From Bacteroidales bacterium (lineage in GTDB: Bacteria; Bacteroidota; Bacteroidia; Bacteroidales; WCHB1-69), in the NCBI GenBank assembly GCA_017649855.1, contig JAGCGA010000032.1:50230-114229 (forward strand): 64,000 bases of DNA. Reading direction: 5' to 3'. Under the pieces are notes generated by a model that searched no databases, was not told the DNA's origin, and worked only from the letters and a program-made list of their open reading frames with translations. The translations under genes and the position numbers were made by a program. This document shows positions 63,536 through 64,000 of this stretch, piece by piece (the stretch's first letter is position 1; each line of letters starts with the position of its first letter).

Positions 63536-64000
63536 TTAGTGGCTTAAGATGGTTTTATAGCGCATGTCGCCAGTGAGGACTGCGTTGATGGGGATGCCCA
63601 GGACGGTGGTGGAGGCACTGCCGCTTGCGATGCTGGTCCATTCCATAATGCCGTTTACCGGTGGTTGGATGATGGGGTGAGCCATGCTGACACTGACACC
63701 GAAGTTGATGGGGTAGTTTCCGATGGTGGTGTCAATGACCATATTGACCGTGTCGTTTTCAAGATGGAGGCCGTCGATGTCAACAATACCGTGCAGATAA
63801 AGAGCGTCGTTGTTGCTGATGATCACGCCGTTTTCGACAGCAGGGTCGGATTTCACGGTGACCATTTCAACATCAAGGTCTTTGTCGAGCGGGAAGGAAA
63901 ACATGCCGAGCACATTGATGGAGAGCTCGGTGTGGCGGCTCATCAGGTATTTGCCCAAATAGGGCGTGATGTCGATGGTGGGTTCGTCGGGGTTGGTGTT
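63536..64000 (-). CDS. hypothetical protein, C-terminal part; continues past the right edge
   Basis: The frame stays open upstream of the listed Met (NTNPDEPTIDITPYLGKYLMSRH...), so the true start lies outside the window. Confidence 0.6.
   Translation of the reverse strand, partial: NTNPDEPTIDITPYLGKYLMSRHTELSINVLGMFSFPLDKDLDVEMVTVKSDPAVENGVIISNNDALYLHGIVDIDGLHLENDTVNMVIDTTIGNYPINFGVSVSMAHPIIQPPVNGIMEWTSIASGSASTTVLGIPINAVLTGDMRYKTILSH

Overview
The window looks like Bacteroidota (Bacteroidales) chromosome. It is GC-rich, possibly Rikenellaceae/Alistipes-like. That placement rests on T9SS C-terminal sorting domains, gldH, many TAnnTTTG (-7 type) promoter boxes and a sulfonolipid-type gene set. 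Most of the window is densely packed housekeeping genes: glmM, aroQ, rny, zapA, efp, lpxD, dusB, recO, rbfA, tmRNA and tRNA-Leu.

Notable content:
- (1) A four-gene cluster (970-6108) fits capnine/sulfobacin sulfonolipid synthesis.
- (2) A 3279-aa T9SS-sorted surface protein (23718-33557) lies in the same window as gldH and a PorZ-like gene.
- (3) A decayed DGR-like unit: a lectin-type lipoprotein followed directly by a start-less, truncated reverse-transcriptase fragment (53969-55065).
- (4) A roughly 190-nt structured RNA candidate, 6S-like by synteny, lies between zapA and rny.
- (5) A DUF4230 gene is interrupted by an in-frame TAA.
- (6) The least explained signal is a recurring family of intergenic tracts built from 6-8 bp words (AGTTAR, CTAAC, CAAAGTY, GATAATA), each carrying a stop codon. 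Their periods are mostly not multiples of three. They usually abut gene 3' ends and often begin with GGGAGTTAG.

I saw no CRISPR array, integrase, transposase or recognisable defence operon. Many long antisense ORFs in the track are compositional artefacts. Product calls come from motifs read by eye, with no database search.
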